A stretch of DNA of 63,770 nt, the filler included, from Choristocarpus tenellus KU-1152 (lineage: Eukaryota > Protista > Phaeophyceae): assembly GCA_964200185.2 (NCBI GenBank). It is 10 parts of 10 records of this genome, joined end to end, with 100 filler letters (N's around TTAATTAATTAA, not from the genome) between each part and the next. Parts side by side here need not be neighbours in the genome. Positions count along the whole stretch, not along the records: positions 16,089 to 33,959 come from CAXNAD020000616.1; positions 34,060 to 37,364 come from CAXNAD020020915.1; positions 37,465 to 41,437 come from CAXNAD020016846.1; 7 more parts are not named here. One strand, written 5' to 3'. The first letter of the stretch is position 1. Each line of letters starts with the position of its first letter. Positions 26,141-37,662 of the stretch are shown here, one piece after another. Position numbers and translations under genes: made by a program. The notes below the pieces were generated by a model. It had not been told where the DNA came from. It made no database searches and saw only the letters and a list, made by a program, of their open reading frames with translations.

Positions 26141-26992
26141 GTCAGCTTCTTGGGATGCTTCCTAACTCCTTGCCCAGTTGTGTAGGGCTAAGCTAGGTTG
26201 AAGGTGTAGCAGCAATGTACACATAACATCGTAATTTCCAAGCCTTAAGGGAGCATTTACAGTATTGTAGCTGGTATTCAAATAGTAAATATTTTTTTGA
26301 GAGATATCTTTCACATTTACGAAAATTGTTACTTTTTCAGGGGTTGTAGTATTGATTTTAACTTTTTCTCTGACACATCTGAAAAATGTCAGAGGACGAA
26401 ATAGTTTATCTATGAAATGATCCTCACATCAATCTCTGATTCAAAACCAAAACACTGATTGATCTCTCAACTTCACCTGTCAACTTCTCCACCCAATAAT
26501 GTTAATGAGAGAAGAAGGCGAGACATTCTTGTCGGTTCTCTCTGTGAGTCTTCTGGGGTGGGGGAGTAATTTGGTTGCTCAAATCGGATTTCCATTGTAG
26601 ATGCTTGTTGACAACCAATCCTATTCATCCCTATTCGATGTGGATACATGACGATAAACTGGATGAGTACACTAGCTCATCCAATGACCCCTATTTACTC
26701 TCTTGGATGGTTTCATGTTGGTGTGTGATTTTGTCACCTTTTAGAGACGACGTACCCAATTCCATGTAGAATGTAGGCCAACCGTTTCTAGTTTTGTTTT
26801 CATTTTGGGAATTGATCTTTCATAGTAATATAGTATTAATGATAGTCGACAAAAAAACTTTTCGTAGTGGCTGTGTTTTGCTCCAGGCAATCGCTCCAGG
26901 GCATCTTGATCCGTTCCTCATTTACATTTTCTACTCCACCATCAACAACCTGCAACTTTGTTTTTCTATGTGATGCGATAGTTTGGACTACG

Positions 26993-29900
26993 ATGAAGCC
27001 GATACCACACCCAAGCCTTGTACTAGAGCTCGCACATCGTTCACGTACAGGCAATGGTAGTGGAGTCAAACTTTGGGCCGAGAGACGCACTGTTAGCCAT
27101 CGTCATGCCGAGTATCTCGACTTGCCTGCCTTTACGACCAAATCTACAATTGCTGTCGCCTTCAGTCATGACGGGTGAGCCTTACTTTCTGGGATAGCCA
27201 TGACATGAGCAGAAATTCTTCTCGATTATAAATCTGTTGCCAACCATGTGCTGGTCTAGTCATCCACTTGATTCCGCCCTCATCCATCCTCACAAGGCAA
27301 ACGTTCGCTTCTACGCATGGGGATCACACTGTCAAGATCACAGAATTCATGGGAGGAAAACTACTACAGACCCTTCGTGGTCATCCTCGCACCCCCTGGA
27401 CAGTAAAGTATCACCCGCGGGACCCCCGTATAGTTGCATCCGGGTGCTTGGGATTCGAGGTGTGAGACAGAAGCAGTGCGTTTCCTGCGTTTTTGACCAC
27501 TTCTCCAACAGCTCAACCCCATCCACCTCCTCTGTGTTCAGTGTGCCTTTTTTCACGAAAATCTCTGCTATCCGCCGAAACCGGAAATTCTACAAGCACA
27601 ATATGCACTAAGGTTGAGTTAAAGAAAGGACGAAAGACTCTTACCTACCTGGCATTTTCTTATCAAAGTCATGAAACGCAGTCCCTCCCTACTTGCCATT
27701 CCATCGCCAATCAACCTCATGCTCGTCATGTTGCAGGTGCGGGTGTGGAACACAGTAACGGGGCAGTGCTTATACTCTACAGTTCTGGACAATGCAATAA
27801 TCTCCCTCAGCTTCCACCCAAGTGGGAAGGTCATTGCTATCGCTAGCGGCCAGTCTGTTTACCTTTGGGATTACCACGTGAGATGAGTAGTAACTGGCAA
27901 GCGAAGCCTCGAAGAAGAGGGCGGGATGTATGAAGTATCTATTAGATTTGTGACCCTCAAACTCTGATCACTTCCTGCCGTCTGAAGTCTCAATTTGCAC
28001 CTCACAGGGTCACACCAGATGTCTCTCACCATACACCACTTTGCAAAGGACCATTGGAAGTAGCTTGGGTTCCCATTTCCTCATAATTTTTTTTGTTCTG
28101 AGTTCCACAACTGCCAAGGACATCATGGCAACAAGAGGTAGAGGGTACATTGAAGGAGATCAATGATGAAAAAGGAGCCTCTGGCATTGTAGACACATAT
28201 CACTCCCACCCAGGTCTTAACATGGATCCTTCTTGCATACTCTAGTGGATATACCACGAATGTGAATATTTTCCCCATGTGTGTGAAGAAAATAGTTGTG
28301 ATTTGAAAGACTCGAGAAATGTGCCCAAAAATTGCCTAGGACGAGTGCTTAGGATTGGTACATGGAAAAGGGTATTGATGCAAGAGATTTGTTAAGAAGT
28401 CTAGGCAAACTTGATGCTCTATCCAGGCATCTATCTGTCAAGCCCTTCCCCCAACAACGACACATGCACCAAAACCTTCCAACAGAACAAAACTTCACCG
28501 CGTGTGGAGTGGACCCACCAGCACACGCTCCGTTGTGTCTGCTTCACACCAGATGGCTCCGGGGTTATCATTGGTGCAGCAAATAACAGTCCCACGGCCA
28601 GGCTGTCCACAGATGTGAGTGGGTGTGTTGCAAATTTTCTGGGCTTTTCGATTTTTTGAGAGTGCCCCATGAGCACTCCTGGCAAGCTCTAGTTGCTGGT
28701 GTGTAAATCATGTTTTGTTGTCATACTTTGGGGTGTAATACAACGTCTTTGTCTGTTGTTGTTGACACTGTTGTCTACCTCTTGCTTGGAGGTGAGGTGT
28801 ATCCTTGTGTCCTACATCCAAACCTTGTCCAAAGAGCTTGGGTCTCAACACAGTTCTACCTTAACAGAATTGGAATTGGTAGAAAGGTTATGAGGAAATG
28901 ATTGACTTCTGTAAGTAGGGCGATTGAACGGTTTTTATTGACTTTATCAAGGCCATTGCCAACCGAAGCATTGTATTGGTGCGTTGAGTGAATGGTGCCA
29001 TCTTTGAGTAGATCAGAGTCCTAGGTTGTGCAAGTGTGAGAGACCTAGGCAGTAAATGTCATATTGAGCCCAACAACGGAGGGACAAGACATCACTGTGG
29101 TGTTGGGAGTGTATTGATTGCATCACTGCATCGAAATGACTGTACCCTCAGGTCCTGATGTTCCCAAGCCAAACCCAGCCCATCCCATCTCAAATGAGCC
29201 CATGTGAAGCCTTGGCTGTAGCACAAGGATGCCCTTACCTCAGCTGCTATAAATAGTGCCTGATCGCCAGCTAGTGCCACATAACCTCACCTCTGATTAA
29301 ATGGAAATTTCCCCTGCCCAACCCCTACCTGCTATTCTTCATCAGGTTGGAGATAGGACGGGGGGGGGGGGATCACCGCGAGAGGTAACCTTCCGCCTGA
29401 TCCTTTGGGACTTCAATCTCAGGGTTACTCTTGATAGGCCACCGGAGCTGCATGCACTATCCAATGTGAGGGTGGAAATATTGTGAGGAAAAGTGGATTG
29501 GGACTTGTTGTAGGTTGCACTCTCTATCTATTGAACTGTGGTTTGTTGACTTGGGGATGCGGAGATCTCTCCTGGAGGAGGTTTTACCTAAGGTCATAAT
29601 TTGGTGCGCATCCCTGTGTGGTATTGAGAACGAATGTCTCAAGTGGTTGATCATCACCCCTTACCTCCCAAGGGTCATACCCATTGTGTATCATACCCAA
29701 ACTTGATTTTTTTGAAGTGAGTGTCTATGTCAGTACACAATACAAGGTTATATTTTTCTGGCCTTTAGTGCTGGCTGCTGCACCTCCAAGATGAGAGGTT
29801 GGGAAGAAAGAGGAAGAGGAATGGATGGCTTGGTTGAGGGATTTGGAATGCTGCTCCTGTATGGACTATCATCCTTACACAAATCCTGCCACAGCTGAGT

Positions 29901-32900
29901 TTGATGATCCTTACGCTCAATCCTATTTTTTTGAAGACCATGAGGAGGGAGTAGGTCAAGAATATATGCGAACAGAGTATGTGGCAACTGGTTAGGATGT
30001 GCTCCTGTGCTGTTAGATTGTCTAGCCCAAGGTTAGTGCAACTTGTTGTCAAAAGAGATGGGGAGCACTGAAAGATGTCAAGATTGTTGGTTCAATAATC
30101 TAAAGGTTGTGCCTGTACGATTGCATCCCTTTTGTGTTGGAAGGTAACTGGTGTAGCTTGAGGGACTTTCCGTTCACCTCTATCAGGATGTATACTGCAT
30201 GAGGATATATATATATATATAAGCATGGTGTATGTGAGTTGCAGAGCTCGAATAGTCAAACTGAGGCCATTGGAGGGCTCATTATAGCTGAGGTTCAAGT
30301 TTCCACCTTAGGAGCATTGCCCTGTAGAACCTGTACAAGTGAAGAGCGACCCAACTGATGCTGCTGCTTCCATAGCTTATTTTAATTTGACACCTTTTAA
30401 CCAATTGTCTGATCATACCCTCCATGCTGCGAATGACAGCCGCGGGTGGTCTTACATCGCACCTTGCTTTACAATGATGGGGGCTTTGATGTATCGAGTT
30501 GTGGTAGATTCCTTTGCGCCTGTGCAGAGCTGTGGAAGGCTGCAGGAAAGCCTCTTGACCAGCCCCCACTTGAGGACGATACACCGCCCCGGTGTGGGAC
30601 GGCATCAGGAGGGGCAGGGGGAGGGAGGGAAGGAGAGTTACTGAGGGGCAGGGTGGTTGGTGTTTCTAATCCACAAGTAGTTAGGGTGGGAATCAAGTCG
30701 GGTGGGAGGGAAGGAGAGGGTGAGGGGTATCAAGAGGCTGGAAGTGCAGAGGTAGGTTTGGTGGGTATAACATCTGGTTCAGGGCAGCCTGAGTTGCTTG
30801 AAGGGGGAACGGTGGATGCACTAGCAGGGGTGATGGTAGGTTCACAGGTTGTGGGGGTGACGCCAGGGGCTGGCACAGTTGGTGATAGACGGACTGGGGT
30901 GGAAGGGGGGTGTCCCTCAGAGGGTTCTGTGCTGAAGAGCAGTGGGGTAATGAAGCCCTGGCCACGAAGGACCAGAAGAGGTGGTAACTGCCTTGTGAGC
31001 AGCTTGAAAGGAGGAGGTTTGCGTATCAATTCGACTGTGACCACAAGTGGAGTGAGAGGAAAGGGTAAGAAGGTGTGGTATCAATCAGCATTGTTGTCTC
31101 CACGGCAAGAAGAGGGTGGGAGGACAGGTCTTGGAGTGGCAACATCTCTTACAAGTGCTGTATGCCATGGAGGGCCAGTAGGCATGGAGCTCGGTCCTTG
31201 TACAGCCCCTGTTGAGGGAGTCCTCAAACGTCCACGAGAGAGCAGCGGGGGTGGAAGTTGGGAGGTAGAGCCAGTGCGCGGTTTTAAGAGGGGAGTATGG
31301 GAAGAGACTAGTTCAGGGGCAGCCAGAGGGGCAGGGGCAGATGTAGGTGTGAATGCAGGGGTAAAGGAAGGGAGGGTAGAATCAGGGGGTGCTGTGGGTG
31401 TGAGAGCAGGAGCAGGGGCGAGAACTGAGGTCGATGGGTATGGAGACGTAAGGTCAGGGATGTGGATGAGGGAAAGAGGAGCCAGCAGCAGGGCTTGGGG
31501 AGAGACGTTGCTGGGAGGAGTGGAGGGTGGGGCAGGATCTACGGCAGGTCTTACCAATGTTGGTACCCCTCGCTTGTGGCCTTTGTCAGCCTTGGTTATA
31601 CCGCCTGCCGAAGGTGGTGTGCACGGCTTGCCGAGGAATGCACTTGAGGAGCCTCCCGATGGTACTGAGGTTGGACCGTCGGCCTTGTCCATCTTGCGAA
31701 ATCCGCTGTCTGGTGCTCATATTGTGACCTCGGGAAGAGCCTTAGGCTGGGAGAGGGGGGTAGTGCCAGGCGCCGAGGGTGTATTTGTACAAGATGTGGG
31801 TCAGGCTGGGAGAGAGGGAGGCAGAGGTAGTTTGGGAGGTAACAGTGGTTTTGAACATTGCAGGCCCTTGAAGGCGTTTGGGCATCGGCGGGAAGGCAAG
31901 GGACAGTTTGTACCCCACTTGGTGTTGGTTTCCTTAAATGTGGTGGCGGGCAAGATGAAGGAGGCGAGAGTGCTAGGGGCAACCGCCTTTGATCGCCTCA
32001 GTGCCAAGGAGGTGAGTGAGATAATGAGAAGGGGGGATTACATGAGGTGGCAAAGGTTAAGGCTGGGATTGTCTCCATACTGAAGCCAAGGGTGAGAGAC
32101 ATGGTGCTGGATGCTGATACCACGATGGGCTCCGGTTTGTTTTGATTGTGTGCAATTGGACTTCAGTGTTTGTGCCCTCATGCCTGCCTGCCTTTATATT
32201 TCTTCACTTATCCCCGCATTGTCCTTACATTGAGTGTGCCTGTTGATTCGACATTGGTAGGCGAAGTATGAAAGGTGCTTTGTGCTTGAGTGTGGGGTGT
32301 ATTGTAGTATTTGAAGGCATCCATGCAAGAAGTATACAGACGCACGCTCGAGTATTCGTAAATAAAAAACAAGCAGGAAATGGGTAGGCGTTTTTACGTA
32401 GTGCAACAGCAGGCGTTTTTTAGTTAGCACGGCGTTCAGTTCTGGGGTTAGGGTTAATTGGCGTTTTTTAGGTGCCAATTCCAGCAACATTTGGTGGTTG
32501 ACCGTGAGCTATTTTGCTCATAATCATTGGCTGTAATTTTTATCCCTGAACATTTTTGAAACCGGCCCCAACCGAGGAACTTTTAAATGTTTTGTAAATG
32601 CCAGAAAGGTTAAAAAAAAAGGGGGGGTGGGGGGGGGGACGAGGTGGAGCCATTGGAGTCTACTTTGCAGTCTGTGGGATGTGTCACCGTGTGTGATTAG
32701 TGTTCAAGAGTAAATACTCTGACCTCTGCATCGTCGTGTAAGGATTTCCAAGTACTTGTGAGGCGGGTGATTGCACATTGTCAAACAGTTTGGTGGACCC
32801 TACCCTGGGAGATGGCAACACGTGCACCCCTCAGCCCCCAAACTCCCAGGCGTGGGGGTGGTGGTATCAGTTGTACAGTTCTCACAAAGGTAGAGGTTCG

Positions 32901-33621
32901 CCCTGCTGTCATCCACAGGCGCCCACATTTCTCCCCGCCCTTCTGCTTCCGTCCTGTCCCCTCCTTGCACGATGATGTATCTGGCTCGATGTAAATTTTG
33001 GCAGGTGACGTCAATAAAGTTGTCGCCAACAGCAGAGTACATCCTGCTGGGGTGTGGTGTTAGACGTAACATCCTTTCTGCCAGTGGCACGTGAGTCTTT
33101 GGGTGATGACCTAGTGTGATGACCTAGTGTGATGACCTAGTGTTGTGCCTACCATGCTGTTGTATTCTATATCTGCTTGGCGGGTGTTGAGGAGGTGGGG
33201 TGAGAGGGGTGGGGGCGTTTTAAAGTCCTTCTTGTTTGTTTGGTGGGGGTTGGGGACTGGCAGTGCAGTCTTTTGTGTTCGTGGCTCATTTCAATCAAGC
33301 AGTGCACCGGCTACATGGTGGTATTCGCTGTTCATGGAGTACAAGTATATGCAAAGGGAGCTTGGGGGTGAGCCCCTTACAGAGAAGCTGTAGCCCTACA
33401 CCCTGACATAACACAGATGCATGTTCAATTCATACTCTCACTGTGGATTGAATGATTGATTGGTTGAGTGCAAATTTGAGGGCGATTTTGGATGCCTGAC
33501 TCCACTATTTCAATGCACGCCTTTCTCGTCATGCACACGTGTTCCAACGCACAGGGGAGGGCATGTACGAATGCAGCACCCGGTCACCTCTATCTACAGG
33601 GTTTCTGACATGCGACTTGTG
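26993..33621 (+). CDS. AMBRA1-like WD40-repeat protein (3' end lost at contig end)
   Basis: Exons 26993-27174, 27297-27459, 27737-27877, 28486-28614, 29346-29465, 30440-32011, 33005-33090 and 33555-33621, with consistent phases and GT-AG introns. Motifs STIAVAFSHDG-QTFASTHGDHTVKI..LRGHPRTPWTVKYHP..ASGCLGFEVRVWN, IISLSFHPSG, LYNDGGFDVSSCGRFLCAC and VTSIKLSPTAEYILLG are typical of AMBRA1-like proteins. The start codon is tentative. Confidence 0.85.
33104..33142 (+). repeat. 13-bp tandem repeat x3 (gtgatgacctagt)
   Basis: Directly visible in an intron. Confidence 0.85.
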
Positions 33622-33649
33622 GTGAGTGACCTGCCTGCTTTTCGGTTGT

Positions 33650-33959
33650 GAGTGAAACTATCTTAGAGGGTACGACTTTTTCCCTGTTTGTCCATTTGTG
33701 GTGCTTGGCTTCCCATGGGTTTTTTATTACATTTTCCGACTCCAAAATGTTTCGGAGTAGGCAAAATGTATACATTTGTGGGGCTTGGCTTCCCATGGGT
33801 TTTTTAATGACATTTTCCGACCCCAAAATGTTTTGGAGTAGGCAAAATGTATACATTTGTGGGGCTTGGCTTCCCATGGTTTTTTTAATGACATTTTCCG
33901 ACTCCAAAATGTTTCGGAGTAGGTAAAATGTATACATTTGTGGGGCTTGGCTTCCCATG
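33650..33959 (-). mobile_element. MITE family A copy with an internal ~81-bp tandem amplification
   Basis: Begins with TIR gagtgaaactatcttagagggtac. The unit marker gcttggcttcccatg recurs at 33703, 33783, 33864 and 33945, running into the gap. Confidence 0.88.
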
Positions 33960-34059
33960 NNNNNNNNNNNNNNNNNNNNNNNNNNNNNNNNNNNNNNNNN
34001 NNNTTAATTAATTAANNNNNNNNNNNNNNNNNNNNNNNNNNNNNNNNNNNNNNNNNNNN

Positions 34060-35381
34060 AGGTCTCTCCGCCTAGCGCCCCACCAACAAGTACAGGCACA
34101 GTTGCCCACAAGTGCGAGGGGTCTGGGCCTCTCCTCTATGAAACACCGCCAACACACGGCTTTCGCAGGATCACTGGTGGCTACTCTCCCCACTCCCCTA
34201 GCAAGGCAGCAAGGGCCTCATGGCGAGTCCTTCTCACAAGCTGTTTGCACGAGCCCCGCAGGACAGGCTTTAGGATTGTCCATCCACACCCTGTTTTCTA
34301 CAGGTATCCCCTCAGAAGACCTTGCAGAAATGATTGGCCAAGACTGGGTAACCTGGGAGGGAACAGCATCCCCTGCACTTGCCCCAGAGATACATATCCT
34401 AGGGGCTCATGACGCCAGGATCACCAGGAGGGCTCAACATGAGATCACAAGCCTCCTGAACAGGATCCGTTTCAACTCCTTCAGGACACAACTGACCGAC
34501 CCGCCTAATGAAGCACATCAAGGGAGGGAAAGCTCCTCATTGGCCCTAGCGCGCCACCGGAGCCAGTGTGGACAAGGGGCAAACGTGTGGGCCTCAACTC
34601 AACCTCTAGAGTCAACATGCTAGATCCCCCCTCTGGAATTTAAGCTCACAGTCAGCAGATCCCATGGGAGGGAGGAGGCCCTATCCAACAGGTGTCCAGT
34701 GGCAGGCTACAGGAGGTAAAATGTTGATACCAGACATGCCGTACCTGCCCCAGGGCAGGGGGGCAGGCACGACAGCACACTCCAATGGTGAAACGCCTAC
34801 ACCAACTATGCAAGGGGATGGGCATCCTTTGCATTATGGAAGAGGGAAGCCCTTTAACAGAGGACACAAATCTCCTCATGGATCTAGTTTTCCATGCAGG
34901 GGCACTGGCAGACGTTGGAACAGCTCCCTACCGGGACAAAGACCTTCTGCTTGATGTTATATTTGCAGAAGTGCAAGCAGCATTTCACCAGCCACACTCA
35001 TCCACTAGCAATGGTGTAGCTGCTGCTGCAGCCGAGGCGCGAAAGCGCACCCACTACGAGGGCTCTTTTTATCCTCGTAGTTATAACCTCAACACCTTCG
35101 CAGCGGAAAGTGTTGGGCGCCTCGGCAAGCAAGCGAAATGTTCTCTGGATGAGCTGGCTACTCACATGGTAGGAGGGAGAGAAGCGGGAGGATACAGCCG
35201 GAAAGGAGTAGTTAAATTCTGGCTACGCCAAATTGTCTCGAAAACTACGCAAGTGGCACTGTCTAGACGTGTCATGCTTGCTAAGCTGGAATCGCCAGAG
35301 AGATGGGCACGATGCCTGCCTAGCTCCTCCTCCCAGGGCACAGGTATAGGTAGATTGGAGACACAGGAAAGAAGGCAGTAG
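34060..35381 (+). mobile_element. Non-LTR retrotransposon remnant, CRE/R2-like (post-RT region, zinc knuckle, restriction-like endonuclease)
   Basis: LPTSARGLGLSS (post-RT LP..GGLG motif), then MDLVF...LLLDV...NGVAAAAAEARKRTHY...TFAAESVGRLG...LDELA, a PD-(D/E)xK-type REL signature. Contains stops and frameshifts. Confidence 0.75.
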
Positions 35382-36614
35382 TACAACATAGTGGTGAAGT
35401 AACAAATGGATTAGTGTCTCTCACATTTGTGACATTTTATTTCTTTCGGGCTTATACTGACATGTGAATAGTTGTCATTGGTTTCCCTGACACATCTACA
35501 AAATGTCAGAGGTCATAATTATTTAATATAATAGGTTATACCCAACATACTATTATTGTTTATTTCTTTCACACAACCAACCCAATAAATTCGCAGGCTT
35601 AATATTCCTGTTTCGTAGAGAAATAGGAATTAACGCTAGTGTGTGTGGGTGGAAAGGAGGGTTGTCTGTTATCACACCGTTAACAATTTATGTCATATAC
35701 CATCATACTGTTCATGGTTCTTTGTCCGGATTCCTGAATTCCAGTGGAGTATCTTCTATGAGATTAACTCCATGAAATCTCTCTAAGAGACCAATCTTAC
35801 AGGTGGTGAACTTCTCTTCATCCAGAGAGATACCAAGAGTCAAGGATTCTCCTTGACGTCATCTCCTGTTGCTGTGATGGTTCAAACTCTCCTGCAGTTC
35901 TTGCACTTGTCCAACCTTAACGTTTTCCTCTCGGTTATGGTTCATCTTGGTCCTTCTGGTCTGTCTTCGCAGGCGATTCTCATCCCCACCCTTGCCTGAG
36001 TAATCCACAATGTGGCAGAATCACACAATTCACATTAGCGACACTAGTGAGCTCAGATATAGAGCTGTTGACACGAGCTGATCTATGCAGGCGGTGATGA
36101 ACGTAAGACTGGTGACAATGCCGACATCCAAACTTTGGGTTCACCCACTAACGAACAGTCAGAGTCCATTTTGTCAACTTCATCATCCAGTGTCTCATTG
36201 TCATCAGTAGATGCTCAGCCAACGAAATGTACATAAAGGTTTTTGCTATCCCTTCAGATGTGGATCATAAGAGCAGACAAAGCGCTTCCACCACGTCCTT
36301 CAAGCATCATGTTAGCTCGGCAGTGGTGACGCTCGTCGGGTCCTACTTCGGGACAGTCTAATTTCCTTCCCTCATTCAACCACTCAAGAGGTGACTATCT
36401 CGCAGGCACAGTTAGACTTGGGAATAAGAGTAATATTTCTTTTTTTCGTGGTGGTCGCTCGCCCTGTGCGGTTGTAATATCAGGGTCCCCCAATCGATGT
36501 AATACTTCTCCTCTCTACAACATGACTTCCTAATATACTCCAACTTTTTGGCCCATCCCTCATGATGGGACAATAATCGTTGATGTTGACCTTTTCAGAG
36601 ATATTCCACCGTCC

Positions 36615-37068
36615 AAACTTTAGCAAACCCCTGAACCTCTGACCTACCGCAAAAGTAGTCAGACTACTTTCTATGCAGGTCAGAGGCTTACTAAAGTTTC
36701 AACAAAATCTGATCCCGAACATCGCAAGCTGTTAGACTTGATGAGATTTTTCCCGAGGATTGTTTTCCCTCTAAATCAGCTGCGTCAGGCATTTCCTGAA
36801 ATTCTGACAGATGCTACTGTCATAGAGTCGAATTCCAGCACTGTTACACGCTTATACATCCGTCAAAAGGGAACCAACGCCGCTTGGATGCACAACCTCA
36901 CTTTAGTAACTGCCCCGCCGAAGTTAGTCACTGATTAGAGAGATATCAACCCTCGGGCGAAACCTCATCAAGTCTAACAGCTTGCGATCCTCGGGACAGG
37001 CTCTTGTTGAAACTTTAGTAAACCCCTGAGCTACCAAGATGTAGTTTCTCGGTAGCTCAGGGGTTTAC
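36615..37068. repeat. Foldback element: long imperfect inverted arms capped by hairpins
   Basis: 36685-36760 is the reverse complement of ~36947-37026 (e.g. atcgcaagctgttagacttgatgag / ctcatcaagtctaacagcttgcgat). There is a perfect 18-bp stem at 37018-37035/37051-37068 and a nested hairpin at 36615-36699. Confidence 0.85.
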
Positions 37069-37662
37069 TCCTTTCTCCATCATTCAGGGCTATACTAGAT
37101 GGGTGTTTGAACATCCACCACGCATAGTGCTATTTGAATGTTTCATTGTTTTTCATGGAACCCCTACATGGATATTTGCTCTGCTCTCACGAGTTCTGGA
37201 TTAATCAGTTACCCTCTTGGGAACATCAGCTGCTTTATCATCCTTGCTTAAACCAATAATAACCAGTGACCACAATGATAATAAATAATTGATAGCAAGG
37301 AGTACATCGTATGGTGGAAAATAGTGAAATGACCCAAATTATCTGGGTGGGGGGAGGGGTCTACNNNNNNNNNNNNNNNNNNNNNNNNNNNNNNNNNNNN
37401 NNNNNNNNTTAATTAATTAANNNNNNNNNNNNNNNNNNNNNNNNNNNNNNNNNNNNNNNNNNNNTTCGCCCTCCTGATTTCCGTGTAGAAGACCTTTGCC
37501 AGGCGTTTTTGACCCCCCCCCCCCCCCGTCTGAAACCCTTTTGTATCAGTATAGTAGTAGTTCCTCCTTTCTTCATTTGACTTCATGAAACAAAAGGATG
37601 GGTACTTATGAACCCTCTGTGATCTCTCTCAACCCACCCACTCTGTTTGACTGGTTGTGCAG

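Noticed and set aside
31081-31692. 203-aa Pro/Ser/Thr-rich minus-strand ORF and neighbours
   Set aside because: Antisense to the large AMBRA1-like exon.
33703-33959. CRISPR-like regular repeats
   Set aside because: The units are contiguous tandem copies without unique spacers and derive from a MITE. The context is eukaryotic and there are no cas genes.
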